Shown here: in pieces, positions 17,700 to 27,952 of the stretch
How the letters are laid out: each line of letters begins with the position of its first letter
Numbering within the stretch: the stretch's first letter is position 1
Assembly (NCBI GenBank): GCA_041740575.1
Contig: JBGSLS010000033.1
Location: forward strand, 96,529 to 160,528
DNA from: Chitinophagaceae bacterium
GTDB lineage: Bacteria > Bacteroidota > Bacteroidia > Chitinophagales > Chitinophagaceae
Direction of reading: 5' to 3'
Length of the DNA stretch: 64,000 nt
Translations under genes and position numbers: made by a program
The notes under the pieces: generated by a model
Told to the model about the DNA's origin: nothing
Databases searched by the model: none
The model's input: only the letters and a program-made list of their open reading frames with translations

Positions 17700-19115
17700 A
17701 TGATGCAATCACACAAACTCCTGATGACCATGGCCCTGCTTACCATGGCATTGTACGGAAAAACACAGGTACCGGAACGTAAAATTCACTCAATTTCCGC
17801 GGCACAGGCAGTAGATATGGCATTAAAGCACCGCACGGAAATATTAAATGCGAGGCTGGATATTGACAACCAGGCTGCCTATAACAAAGAGATTACCGGT
17901 CTTGCCTTACCGCAGGTTTATGGTAACATCGGGGCATCTTATAACTTTAATATCCCGGTTACCGTTTTGCCAGACTTTATCTCTCCATCCGTTTATGGAA
18001 TTTTGGAAGATAATGGGGTAAAAGACGGCAATGGCAACCCTATAAAATGGGATGGAATTATTAACACATTTCCTGCCCAGTTTGGGGTACCCTGGCAGGC
18101 TTCGCTTTCCGCAAGCGTGCAGCAAATCCTTTTCCAGCCCGATGTTTTTATAGCACTAAAAGCACGCTCCGGCGCACTTGAGCTGTTCGAAAACCAATTG
18201 AAAGTAGCAGAGGACACTGTAAAAAGTAATATTTACAATACCTATTTTGGGGTATTGGTATCTGAGAAAGGCCTTGAATTTGCCCGTGAATCGCAAAACC
18301 GCCTGCAATTACTTTTAAAAGAACAACAGGAACTGTATAAGAATGGATTTATTGAAAAACTGGATATAGAAAAAACCCAGGTAAACCTGAATAATATTGG
18401 CACTTCGGTTATTCGGCTGGAAAATATGGTAACCACATCCTATGCCGGACTCAAGTTTGCATTGGCACTTCCACAATCCGACTCGCTACATTTAACCGAT
18501 GAGCTTTCAGATGATTGGGTAAAGCGCGACATATTTGATATGAGCAATGATTTTAAATATGAGCAACGTAATGAAATTAAAACATTGCTTACCACGCAGG
18601 AATTGCAACAATTACAGATTAAGCGCTATAAAATGGCTGCCATTCCATCGTTAACCGCACAATGGAACCTGGCTACATCGGCACAAAGACAACGCTTCAC
18701 CTTTTTTGATACGGGAGACCGATGGTTTTTTAGTAACAATGTTGGCGTAAACTTACGCGTACCCATTACCGATGGCTTTCAACGCCACAACCGCGTAAAA
18801 CAGGCAGAGTACACACTGGAAAAAACGCGTAACACAATTGACCAGTACAAACAATATATCGACTTCCAGGTACTGAATGCCAGAACAAGCCTTGCCAATG
18901 CCATTGCTGCATTTAATAATCAGCAGGAAAATAAGGAACTGGCAGAAAAGGTATTTAATACTACCCGCATTAAATACGAGCAGGGCCTTGGCAGCAGCTT
19001 CGAAGTACTGCAAGCCGAAACTGATTTACAAACGGCATTAAGCAACTATTACAGCTCATTATATGGCGCGGGCATTGCACGTATTGCCTATATGCGGGCT
19101 TTGGGTAAATTATAA
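17700..19115 (+). CDS. TolC family outer membrane efflux protein
   Basis: Signal peptide, two OEP repeats, YEQGLGSSFEVLQAE. Start ATG 17700. Confidence 0.9.
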   Translation: MMQSHKLLMTMALLTMALYGKTQVPERKIHSISAAQAVDMALKHRTEILNARLDIDNQAAYNKEITGLALPQVYGNIGASYNFNIPVTVLPDFISPSVYGILEDNGVKDGNGNPIKWDGIINTFPAQFGVPWQASLSASVQQILFQPDVFIALKARSGALELFENQLKVAEDTVKSNIYNTYFGVLVSEKGLEFARESQNRLQLLLKEQQELYKNGFIEKLDIEKTQVNLNNIGTSVIRLENMVTTSYAGLKFALALPQSDSLHLTDELSDDWVKRDIFDMSNDFKYEQRNEIKTLLTTQELQQLQIKRYKMAAIPSLTAQWNLATSAQRQRFTFFDTGDRWFFSNNVGVNLRVPITDGFQRHNRVKQAEYTLEKTRNTIDQYKQYIDFQVLNARTSLANAIAAFNNQQENKELAEKVFNTTRIKYEQGLGSSFEVLQAETDLQTALSNYYSSLYGAGIARIAYMRALGKL

Positions 19116-19170
19116 ACAACTATTAAATATCTCTTTTTCATTTTACACATTCCATTATAAATTAATACTT

Positions 19171-20373
19171 ATGAAAAGTTTTCACCTATATATAACTGCA
19201 GCAGCAATATTGATACTTGCGGCATGCGGAGAAAGCAAAAAAGAAGGCGATGCTGCCCTTATTGAAAAAAAGGAAAAATTAGCAAAGCTTACAGCAGAAA
19301 AGCAAAAACTTTCAGAAGAGATAGCGGAACTGCAGGAATTCATTTCTGCGGCCGAGCCCAATGTAGTGCAGGCAAAGCTGGTTAAAGTAGATACCGTAAT
19401 GGCTGCCGATTTTATGCACTATATTGAATTACAGGGAAAGGTAGATGCCGATAATATTAGTATTGTAACGCCAAGGGGCAACCCCGGACAAGTAAAACAA
19501 ATATTTGTAACCAAGGGGCAAATGGTTAAAAAGGGGCAGTTGCTGCTAAAACTGGATGATGCTATTTACCAACAAAATATCATTGCGAGTAAGCAAAGTA
19601 TTCAAACCCTTAAAACACAGCAGAACCTTGCTACAGAACTATTGAAGCGCCAGCAAAACCTTTGGAACCAGGGTATTGGCACCGAAGTGCAATTACTTAC
19701 AGCTAAGAATAATGTGGAAACACTGCAAACACAAATAAAAAGTGCTGAAGAACAAATTAAAGTATTGCAAGAGCAGCAAAGTACCACCAATGTATATGCC
19801 GAAGTAAGCGGTATTGCAGATGAAGTTAATGTGCGTGTAGGTGAATTTTTCCAGGGTGCCATTGGCACACAGCCGCAAATAAGAATTGTAAATACATCGT
19901 CGCTTAAAGTAGTTACCAATGTTCCGGAAAACTACGCAGGCCGGGTTGGACGTGGATCAAAAGTATTAATAACCATACCTGATACAAAGCAAACCTTTAA
20001 CAGTACCATTAGTTTTCTCAGTGCGTCCATCGATCCATCCAACCGAAGCTTTGTTACTGAAGCTGATCTCCCATCAAATCCAGGCCTGAAACCGAACATG
20101 ATAGCCATGGTGCGCATACTGGATTATAATGCACCAAGCGCCATTACCGTTCCGGTTAATGTGGTACAAAGCGATGAAAAAGGTAAATATGTTTTTGTAA
20201 TGGTAAAAGAAGGCAACAAATATGTAGCCCGCAAAAAGCAGGTGGTAGTAGGACAGGTTCAGGATGAATTGCTGGAACTAAAAGCAGGAATTACCAATGG
20301 AGAATTGCTCATAACGGCGGGTTACCAGGGTTTATACGACGGACAGGTAATTTCACCATCCGAATTGCTGTAA
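19171..20373 (+). CDS. RND periplasmic adaptor (MFP), lipoprotein
   Basis: Lipobox LAAC, lipoyl-like VKKGQLLLKLD, coiled-coil hairpin and beta-barrel. Start ATG 19171. Confidence 0.9.
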   Translation: MKSFHLYITAAAILILAACGESKKEGDAALIEKKEKLAKLTAEKQKLSEEIAELQEFISAAEPNVVQAKLVKVDTVMAADFMHYIELQGKVDADNISIVTPRGNPGQVKQIFVTKGQMVKKGQLLLKLDDAIYQQNIIASKQSIQTLKTQQNLATELLKRQQNLWNQGIGTEVQLLTAKNNVETLQTQIKSAEEQIKVLQEQQSTTNVYAEVSGIADEVNVRVGEFFQGAIGTQPQIRIVNTSSLKVVTNVPENYAGRVGRGSKVLITIPDTKQTFNSTISFLSASIDPSNRSFVTEADLPSNPGLKPNMIAMVRILDYNAPSAITVPVNVVQSDEKGKYVFVMVKEGNKYVARKKQVVVGQVQDELLELKAGITNGELLITAGYQGLYDGQVISPSELL

Positions 20374-20427
20374 TCCGTTGCCGGCAAATGCTCATTTCAT
20401 TCAAAACACATTCAAAATATTAATACT

Positions 20428-23400
20428 GTGACCACACTCGAAAAATTAAAAGCCGAGCTACTCAAGATAAAGGAATTCGGCCCCACAACATGGTCGGTAA
20501 AAAACAGGACTTCAGTTTACCTGCTCATGCTATTTATAAGCATAGGCGGCATTTACATGTTCCTTACTACACCCAAGGAGCAGTTTCCTGATATTGTAAT
20601 TCCCACCATTTATGTTCAAACCATTTATGTAGGAAACTCACCATTGGATATTGAAAACCTGGTAACACGTCCTATTGAAAAACAGTTAAAGGGTATTACC
20701 GGTGCTAAAATCAATAAAATCACCAGTACATCGCTACAGGATTTTTCGGCCATTACCGTTGAGTTTAATACCGATGTGACTCCCGATGTGGGTTTGCAAA
20801 AAGTAAAAGATGCAGTGGATAAGGCCAAAAAGGATTTACCCAATGATCTTACCACCGACCCAACCGTACAGGAAGTTTCGTTTAGCGAATTTCCCATTAT
20901 GTATGTAAACGTAAGCGGCCCTTACGACCCGGTAAAGCTGAAGGAATATGCCGATAAACTGCAGGACCGCATTGAAGAACTGCGTGAAGTAACCCGTGTG
21001 GATTTGGTAGGTGCACCTGAGCGCGAAATACAGGTAAACGTAAACCCGCTGAAAATGCAGGGTAATGGACTTACCTATACCGATATTGAAAACGCTATTG
21101 CACGGGAGAATTTGGACATAAGCGCGGGTTTGCTGGAAGTAGGTAATATGAAAAGAAACCTGCAGATAAAAGGGCAGTTTAATACTGCTTTTGACCTGTA
21201 CAATGTAATCATTCGAAACAATCGCGGACAGGGAATTTACCTGAAAGATATTGCAGAAATTGTAGATACAACCAAGGAACGCGAAAGCTTTGCACGCTTA
21301 GGCGATAATGAAACACTTGCACAGCCTGTAGTAACTTTAAATATCATTAAACGTAGTGGAGAAAACCTGATAAATGCGGCAGATGGCGTAAAAGCAATTG
21401 TAGCAGAATATAAAAAATCTGAATTCCCCAAAGACCTGAACGTAGTTATTACTGGCGATCAGAGCAAACAAACAAAAGCATCCTTTAATGAATTGGTAAA
21501 TACCATTGTGCTGGGTTTCATTTTTGTATTAATCATCCTCATGTTCTTTATGGGGGTTACCAATGCATTCTTCGTTGCGCTTAGCGTACCCTTAAGCATA
21601 TTTGTTGCCTTTATCTTTCTGCCCTTTGGCAGTGCATTGGTAGGATCGGATATAACGCTGAATTTTATTGTGCTTTTTGCACTATTGTTTGGTCTTGGGA
21701 TAATTGTGGATGATGCCATTGTGGTTATTGAAAATACACACCGCATCTTTACCGAAGGGCAAGGATTTATTACTTCTGAAATGTCGGCCAGATATGCAGC
21801 GGGTGAAGTATTTATTCCCGTGCTTTCAGGTACACTAACCACGCTGGCACCTTTCTTTCCGTTGCTTTTTTGGCCGGGCATTATTGGTAAGTTTATGATT
21901 TACCTGCCGGCCATGCTCATATTTACGCTTGCGGCATCCCTTATTGTAGCCTTCCTTTTCAATACCGTGTTTGCGGTAGATTTCATGAATAAAGAAGAGG
22001 AAACCGGGCATGCAAAAAGTGAAGTTTTCAAAAGCAAGCTTTTTATTATCCTGGTAACAACCGGCGTATTACTCGATGTGCTCGGTTTTGTAAATGAAGG
22101 CGGTCTTTGGTTTTTCTTTGGTAACCTGCTGTTAACCTTTGCCTTGTTACGTGTACTTTATGTTTATGTGCTTAAAGGAGCAATTGATAAGTTTCAATTG
22201 AAAATACTTCCATCCATTATGCAGCGATACGAAGTGCTGCTTCGCTGGACATTACATGGCTGGAGACCCGCCTGGTTACTGATAGGAGTATTTGGCCTGT
22301 TGATTGGTTCATTTGCCATGTTTGGCGGCGCTGTTGCATCCGGTCGCGTGCCGATTGTTTTCTTCCCCGAAGGCGATCCTAACTTTGTATATGTATATGT
22401 AAAACTGCCGGTAGGTACAGATGTTCGCTACACCAATGAAGTAGTGGAAGATCTCGAAAAAAGAGTGTATAAAGTACTTGGTATGGGTGATGGCAAACAA
22501 AACCCAATTGTAGAAAGTGTAATATCAAATATCGCTGTAGGTGCAACAGACCCAAGCAGTGGCGACCGAAGTACCCGTGCAGAAGCAGGCAGAATACAGG
22601 TAAGTTTTGTGGAGTTTGAAAAAAGGGAAGGCAAATCAACACAGCCCTACCTCGATAGCATTCGCAAAGCCATAAAAGGTATTCCCGGCGCGGAAATATC
22701 GGTAAACAAAGAACAATCAGGCCCGCCTACGCAGCCACCGATTAATATTGAAATTTCAGGCGAAAATTTTGAAAGCCTTACCCGCACCGCCATTGCACTT
22801 AAAAACTACCTCGATACCAACCGCGTAGCAGGCATTGAAGAACTGAAAATGGATATCGACCTTACCAATCCTGAAGTTACCATTAAGGTTGATCGGGAAC
22901 GTGCATTGTTGGAAGGCATAAGTACCGGGCAGGTGGGCAGCGAGTTACGTACAGCATTGTTTGGTAAAGAAGTAAGTAAACTAAAGGATGGTGAGGACGA
23001 ATATAAAATTCAACTACGTAACACCGCCATGCGTCGTCAGAATATAAGTGACCTGCTGAATATGACCATTTCTTTCCGCGATTTTACCACCGGACAGTTA
23101 AAGAATGTTCCCATTTCGGCGGTAACCAACATTGAATTTACCAGTACTTATGGAAGCGTAAAACGTAAGAACCTGAAAAGGGTAATTACCTTGTATTCCA
23201 ATGTGCTTACAGATTACACGCCTACCGCTGTAAACCTGGAACTCACGAAAGTGATAAAAAACTTTAAGCAAAAACCGGTGGATGTAACCATTGCACAAAC
23301 CGGCGAAGGCGAACAGCAGGCAGAAGCAGGAAGTTTTTTAGGTGGTGCATTGCTGATAGCACTTGGCCTAATTCTTTTCATACTCGTATTGCAATTCAAT

Positions 23401-24054
23401 AGTGTCAGTAAGTCCATCATTATTCTTTCCGAAATCATCTTCTCCGTTATTGGTGTGCTAATTGGATTTTCACTTTCGGGGATGAGTGTTTCCGTAGTTA
23501 TGACAGGTATTGGTATCATTGGCCTTGCAGGTATTGTAATTAAGAATGGTATTTTGGTAATTGAATTTGCGGATGAGCTGCGGAAACGTGGCATGCGCAC
23601 ACACGAAGCGCTTGTACAGGCAGGCCGCACACGTATCATTCCGGTATTGTTAACTGCCATCGCTACCATTCTTGGTCTTATTCCGCTTGCTATTGGTCTT
23701 AATATTGATTTTATTGCCATGTTTGAAGAACTTAATCCTCATATTTATTTTGGAGGCGATAATGTGGCATTCTGGAAACCGCTTAGCTGGACGATTATTT
23801 ATGGTTTGATATTTGCATTTTTCATGACACTGCTTGTAGTACCTGCCATGTACCTGATCGCCGAACGCCTGCGCCGCCCGATGCAGCGTATGTTTGGTGG
23901 TAAATGGATAAGTATGCTGGCTATTCCCCCACTCACACCCATATTCCTGGTATTCGTTTTTGTGGCTATTTTCTTACATCGCAAGGATGTGCGTAACCGA
24001 TACAAAAGAGCAAAAGATAATCGCGAATCTAGATGGATAGAAAGTTGGTTTTAA
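20428..24054 (+). CDS. RND efflux permease (AcrB-like, 1208 aa)
   Basis: PKEQFPDI, LGIIVDDAIVVIEN and VIKNGIL proton-relay motifs, RIIPVLLT. Confidence 0.92.
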   Translation: MTTLEKLKAELLKIKEFGPTTWSVKNRTSVYLLMLFISIGGIYMFLTTPKEQFPDIVIPTIYVQTIYVGNSPLDIENLVTRPIEKQLKGITGAKINKITSTSLQDFSAITVEFNTDVTPDVGLQKVKDAVDKAKKDLPNDLTTDPTVQEVSFSEFPIMYVNVSGPYDPVKLKEYADKLQDRIEELREVTRVDLVGAPEREIQVNVNPLKMQGNGLTYTDIENAIARENLDISAGLLEVGNMKRNLQIKGQFNTAFDLYNVIIRNNRGQGIYLKDIAEIVDTTKERESFARLGDNETLAQPVVTLNIIKRSGENLINAADGVKAIVAEYKKSEFPKDLNVVITGDQSKQTKASFNELVNTIVLGFIFVLIILMFFMGVTNAFFVALSVPLSIFVAFIFLPFGSALVGSDITLNFIVLFALLFGLGIIVDDAIVVIENTHRIFTEGQGFITSEMSARYAAGEVFIPVLSGTLTTLAPFFPLLFWPGIIGKFMIYLPAMLIFTLAASLIVAFLFNTVFAVDFMNKEEETGHAKSEVFKSKLFIILVTTGVLLDVLGFVNEGGLWFFFGNLLLTFALLRVLYVYVLKGAIDKFQLKILPSIMQRYEVLLRWTLHGWRPAWLLIGVFGLLIGSFAMFGGAVASGRVPIVFFPEGDPNFVYVYVKLPVGTDVRYTNEVVEDLEKRVYKVLGMGDGKQNPIVESVISNIAVGATDPSSGDRSTRAEAGRIQVSFVEFEKREGKSTQPYLDSIRKAIKGIPGAEISVNKEQSGPPTQPPINIEISGENFESLTRTAIALKNYLDTNRVAGIEELKMDIDLTNPEVTIKVDRERALLEGISTGQVGSELRTALFGKEVSKLKDGEDEYKIQLRNTAMRRQNISDLLNMTISFRDFTTGQLKNVPISAVTNIEFTSTYGSVKRKNLKRVITLYSNVLTDYTPTAVNLELTKVIKNFKQKPVDVTIAQTGEGEQQAEAGSFLGGALLIALGLILFILVLQFNSVSKSIIILSEIIFSVIGVLIGFSLSGMSVSVVMTGIGIIGLAGIVIKNGILVIEFADELRKRGMRTHEALVQAGRTRIIPVLLTAIATILGLIPLAIGLNIDFIAMFEELNPHIYFGGDNVAFWKPLSWTIIYGLIFAFFMTLLVVPAMYLIAERLRRPMQRMFGGKWISMLAIPPLTPIFLVFVFVAIFLHRKDVRNRYKRAKDNRESRWIESWF

Positions 24055-24167
24055 AGCGAACATAATTTCGTCCTTCCCCATCTTATCCACTGCTTTTTTT
24101 TTATTTTGGTATTAAAAAAAAATGCGGTGTAAATTCGAAGCCAATAAAAAAAATAAAACTTACTCCC

Positions 24168-24929
24168 ATGGCTAAAGCAAAGAAGGCAGTAAAAAAAGCT
24201 GTCGCAAAAAAAGCGGTGAAGAAGGCCGTTGCCAAGAAGGCCGCAAAAAAGGTAGTTGCTGAAAAAGTAGTGAAAAAAGCTGCTGCAAAAGCACCGGTAA
24301 AAAAGAGTGCTAAAAAAGCCGTTGCGAAAGCACCGGTTAAGAAAGCTGCGAAAAAAGCCGTTGCGAAAAAAGCTGTTGCGAAAGCACCGGTGAAAAAAGC
24401 CGCTAAAAAAGCTGTTGCGAAAGCAGTAGTAAAGAAAGCTGCTAAAAAAGCCGTTGCGAAAGCAGTGGTAAAGAAAGCTGCTAAAAAAGCCGTTGCGAAA
24501 GCAGTGGTAAAAAAAGCCGCTAAAAAAGCAGTTGCGAAAGCAGTAGTAAAGAAAGCTGCTAAGAAAGCCATTGCGAAAGCAGTAGTAAAGAAAGCCGCTA
24601 AGAAAGCTGTGGTGAAAGCAGTAATCAAAAAGGCGGTTGCAAAAAAAGTTGCAAAGGCGGTTGTTAAAAAAGCAGCAGTAAAAGCGCCTGCAAAAAAAGC
24701 GGTTGCGAAACCAGTTGCAAAACCAGTTGCGAAAAAATTAGTTGCACCGGTTGCTAAAAAAGCTGCAATTAAAAAAGCTGCTCCTAAAAAACGGGGTCCT
24801 AAAGCCGCACCAGAACCCATTGTAGCGCCGGTAGCAGAACCTTCTGTTACGGAAACGCCTGTAGTTGAGACTCCTTTACCAGAGCCAATTGTAGAAGCAC
24901 CTGCTGAAAACGAGCAACCTACCGACTAA
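24168..24929 (+). CDS. Lys/Ala-rich histone H1-like DNA-binding protein with a Pro/Glu-rich tail
   Basis: About 200 aa composed almost only of K, A, V and P, with tandem KKAAKKAVAKAVV units; acidic C-terminal ~40 aa; followed by a terminator. Confidence 0.8.
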   Translation: MAKAKKAVKKAVAKKAVKKAVAKKAAKKVVAEKVVKKAAAKAPVKKSAKKAVAKAPVKKAAKKAVAKKAVAKAPVKKAAKKAVAKAVVKKAAKKAVAKAVVKKAAKKAVAKAVVKKAAKKAVAKAVVKKAAKKAIAKAVVKKAAKKAVVKAVIKKAVAKKVAKAVVKKAAVKAPAKKAVAKPVAKPVAKKLVAPVAKKAAIKKAAPKKRGPKAAPEPIVAPVAEPSVTETPVVETPLPEPIVEAPAENEQPTD

Positions 24930-24960
24930 GGAATGGAATAAATCCTTCTGAAAAAAACCA

Positions 24961-24999
24961 AATCCGGCTAATCATGTTACTTGCATGAATAGCCGGATT
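24961..24999. terminator. Bidirectional terminator between convergent genes
   Basis: AATCCGGCTA...TAGCCGGATT stem with an A-tract before and a T-tract after. Confidence 0.75.
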
Positions 25000-25028
25000 T
25001 TTAATGTGTTCTAAAAATGCGTATTGTC

Positions 25029-27845
25029 CTATCGGGGCATTCCCATCATCATCATACGCTGTTGGCCACCGCCTATGGCGCCAAACTTGCTGAGGTTGTA
25101 GGTAAACGTAACCATAAAGTATTGCTTAAGCACCAGGTACCGGGTATCCTGTACAAAGTTGCCGCTTGCGGTACGGCTAAGCCCCGTATTCTGATTCAGT
25201 AAATCATATGCAGTAATTCTCATTTCACCACGCTTATTTTTCAGCATCGATTTTGCAATATAAGCATTCCATAAGGTAAAGTTTGGATTAAAGCCTTCTG
25301 CCCTGCCTGCATTACCGGTATAGGCCACCGTATTTCCTATGGTAAAGCCTTTGGGAAGGTAAAAATTCATATCAAAATCCACCCCATAGCTCATATAATC
25401 TGTATTCTGTCCGGCCTGTAAAGAGTAGGTAGCCTTGTTCCAGTTAAGATTACCACCAAGGGTAACATCAAATAATTCTTTAAACATATAGGTTCCCGAT
25501 GCGCGACCCGTAATATTCAATGATGTAATCTCGTTTTCTTCTTTATTCAGAAAATTTACATTTTTTCCGTAAGAAACCCCGGAACCAAGGTTAATATTTG
25601 CACGCTTTTCACCCAGTTTTACAGGAAAGCCCATATTCCCATTCAGGCTTGCATTATACACACCATCAGCATTATCATAGGTAGTTAACCTTGCCCCGTT
25701 ATTAGCAAGGCTATCACTGTTTACAATGGCATTAAAAGTTTGGCGCACATTACCGAATATGAAGAAACTCTTTTGCGTGTAAGGATCGAAAATGTTATAG
25801 TTAATCCTGAATGCATTGGAGAAACTTTGTTTCAATTCGGGATTACCCTTGGTAATGTTGAGTGGATCAGAAATATCTTCAATGGGCTGAAGTTGGGTAA
25901 CCGAAGGATTGGTTGTAGTACCATTATAAAAAATTCTGAAATTCTTATAACGATTCTTACCTATTTGCACCTGCGCATTGGGCAGCACGTTATAAAAGGT
26001 TTGTGAAATAGGTTCTGATTTTCCCTGCAACAAACTGCTTAATTCTGCACGCTGAAAATCAGCACCAACGGTGTAGTTCCATCCATCCCTGTTTTCCCTG
26101 AACTTAAGGCCGCTTCCTGTAGTATAATAATCGTTATCAAAAACATTGGTAAGCCTTGGGTTAGGTTTGTCAAACTCGCCGGTTTGTTTATTAAAATCAT
26201 AAGTGCGTTGATCGCGTTCACTGCTGTTTTGATTATGAAACAGGCTGAACTCCAGCAAAGAACGACGGCTCATAGGTTCAGTGTACCTAAGGGTTGCGCC
26301 CAAAGTTTGGTTGAGTGCTTCGGTAGCATTCTCCTGATCCAGTGTATCGGTTCTGCCGGCTGAAAATCCGCTATAACTATTATTAACCGTGTACTGCGAA
26401 CCAGTAGCATCGCTTTGGCTATTGCCCACCCGTAGTTCCGCACTGAATGTGCGGCCTTTTTTCAAAAAGCGGTGCCGGTACAATGCATTTACATTCAAAT
26501 TGTAACCATCTGAAACGGATGATGATTTATTAAGGCCATCACTTAGCAATCCACCTTTTACACCTTGTGTAGCAAATACTTTATCCGTAAAACTTTCCGT
26601 GGTTTGGTAGCTGAAAGAAGGGGTAATTTTAATGGAATTAAAACTATCGAGTTTCCAGTCTAAACCAAAGTTTACCCGATGGTTGTAATTATTACGACCC
26701 GATGTACCGGGTTCTGCATAAATCTGAAATGTATCTGCAACCGCTGTTTCCCTGCGGGTTAAAAAATCGTTACGCAATTGTGTTCCATTAAAGAAATAGC
26801 TGCTGGTAAAGTCAAGTTTTGTGTTTTTGAAATTATTGTAGTTCAAACCTGCCGCCTGTGTAGCTGTAATACCCTGTGCACCACCACCGGAAAAACCTTG
26901 AATAGCAACACCGGGCGCACCCATACCACCTCCACGGCCTCCACCACCGGAAGCCTGGCTAAAGCTGAGTGCATCCATCAAACTAAAACCCTGTTCATTA
27001 ATATTATTAGCCTGACCTATAAATGATATTTGCTCGCCTTTGCTAAACTTATTAATGTTGGCTGATCCTTTATAACGTTCATCCGTACCAACGCCACCCG
27101 CTACACGTCCAAATACACCATTACGCTTATCCTCTTTCAGTGTAAGATTAATCGTGGGTTCCGTATTGCCATCATCAAAACCGGTGAACTGGCTTTGATC
27201 ACTTTTTCTTTCAAACACCTGTACTTTATTAACCATATCTGCCTGCAGGTTTCGGGTGGCAAGTTTTGCATCGGTACCAAAAAACTCCTTGCCATCTACC
27301 AGCACTCTTTTTACATCCTGCCCGTTGGCTTTAATATTTCCATCCTTATCTACTTCCACGCCCGGCAGGCGTTTCAGCAGGTCTTCTACCACTGCATTGG
27401 GCTTGGCTACCTTGAAACTAGCTGCATTAAATTCCACTGTATCTCCTTTAATGGTTACGGGTGAAGCAAATACCGTAACGCCTTCAAGCGAACTATTGCC
27501 GGCCATTCCTATGGTTCCGAAATCTTTCAACGGTTCATTGATCGTAATAGAAAATGGCTTTGCAATTTTTTCAAAACCCGTGTAACTAATCATTAAAATA
27601 AAATCGCCCGTATTAAGTTTGCTTACTTCAAATGTGCCATTATCGCGGCTGCGGGCAAAGCTTATCAGCGACGAATCTTTCGCATCGAGCACATTTATAC
27701 TGGCACTCACAAGTGGTTTATTGCTGATCGAATCGGTAATGGTACCTTTTACCATTCCAATACGGCCCTGCGCAAATGATAAAAATGGGAAAAGTGTGGC
27801 AACCAGTAATATATAAACTGCTTGCTTGCGTAATAAAAAGTGCAT
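25029..27845 (-). CDS. Outer-membrane beta-barrel protein with an N-terminal carboxypeptidase-regulatory-like domain (TonB-dependent-receptor-like)
   Basis: Signal peptide, GTITDSISNKPLVSASINV, IKGDTVEFNA, EDLLKRLPGVEVD, then alternating beta-strands ending QYFMVTFTYNL. Start ATG 27845. Confidence 0.82.
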   Translation of the reverse strand: MHFLLRKQAVYILLVATLFPFLSFAQGRIGMVKGTITDSISNKPLVSASINVLDAKDSSLISFARSRDNGTFEVSKLNTGDFILMISYTGFEKIAKPFSITINEPLKDFGTIGMAGNSSLEGVTVFASPVTIKGDTVEFNAASFKVAKPNAVVEDLLKRLPGVEVDKDGNIKANGQDVKRVLVDGKEFFGTDAKLATRNLQADMVNKVQVFERKSDQSQFTGFDDGNTEPTINLTLKEDKRNGVFGRVAGGVGTDERYKGSANINKFSKGEQISFIGQANNINEQGFSLMDALSFSQASGGGGRGGGMGAPGVAIQGFSGGGAQGITATQAAGLNYNNFKNTKLDFTSSYFFNGTQLRNDFLTRRETAVADTFQIYAEPGTSGRNNYNHRVNFGLDWKLDSFNSIKITPSFSYQTTESFTDKVFATQGVKGGLLSDGLNKSSSVSDGYNLNVNALYRHRFLKKGRTFSAELRVGNSQSDATGSQYTVNNSYSGFSAGRTDTLDQENATEALNQTLGATLRYTEPMSRRSLLEFSLFHNQNSSERDQRTYDFNKQTGEFDKPNPRLTNVFDNDYYTTGSGLKFRENRDGWNYTVGADFQRAELSSLLQGKSEPISQTFYNVLPNAQVQIGKNRYKNFRIFYNGTTTNPSVTQLQPIEDISDPLNITKGNPELKQSFSNAFRINYNIFDPYTQKSFFIFGNVRQTFNAIVNSDSLANNGARLTTYDNADGVYNASLNGNMGFPVKLGEKRANINLGSGVSYGKNVNFLNKEENEITSLNITGRASGTYMFKELFDVTLGGNLNWNKATYSLQAGQNTDYMSYGVDFDMNFYLPKGFTIGNTVAYTGNAGRAEGFNPNFTLWNAYIAKSMLKNKRGEMRITAYDLLNQNTGLSRTASGNFVQDTRYLVLKQYFMVTFTYNLSKFGAIGGGQQRMMMMGMPR

Positions 27846-27952
27846 AGTTGGAGAATTAACCTTGTTTTGACATTGCAAACCTATAACACAATTGGCTTGC
27901 AAAGGGTTAACCTCGGTGTATGTATTGTTAATGAAAGTTAATGGTATGCTAA

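Noticed and set aside
24101-24820. 239-aa antisense ORF rich in AFFAT repeats
   Set aside because: It is the reverse-complement shadow of the Lys/Ala repeat gene, which lacks the codons that would create antisense stops.
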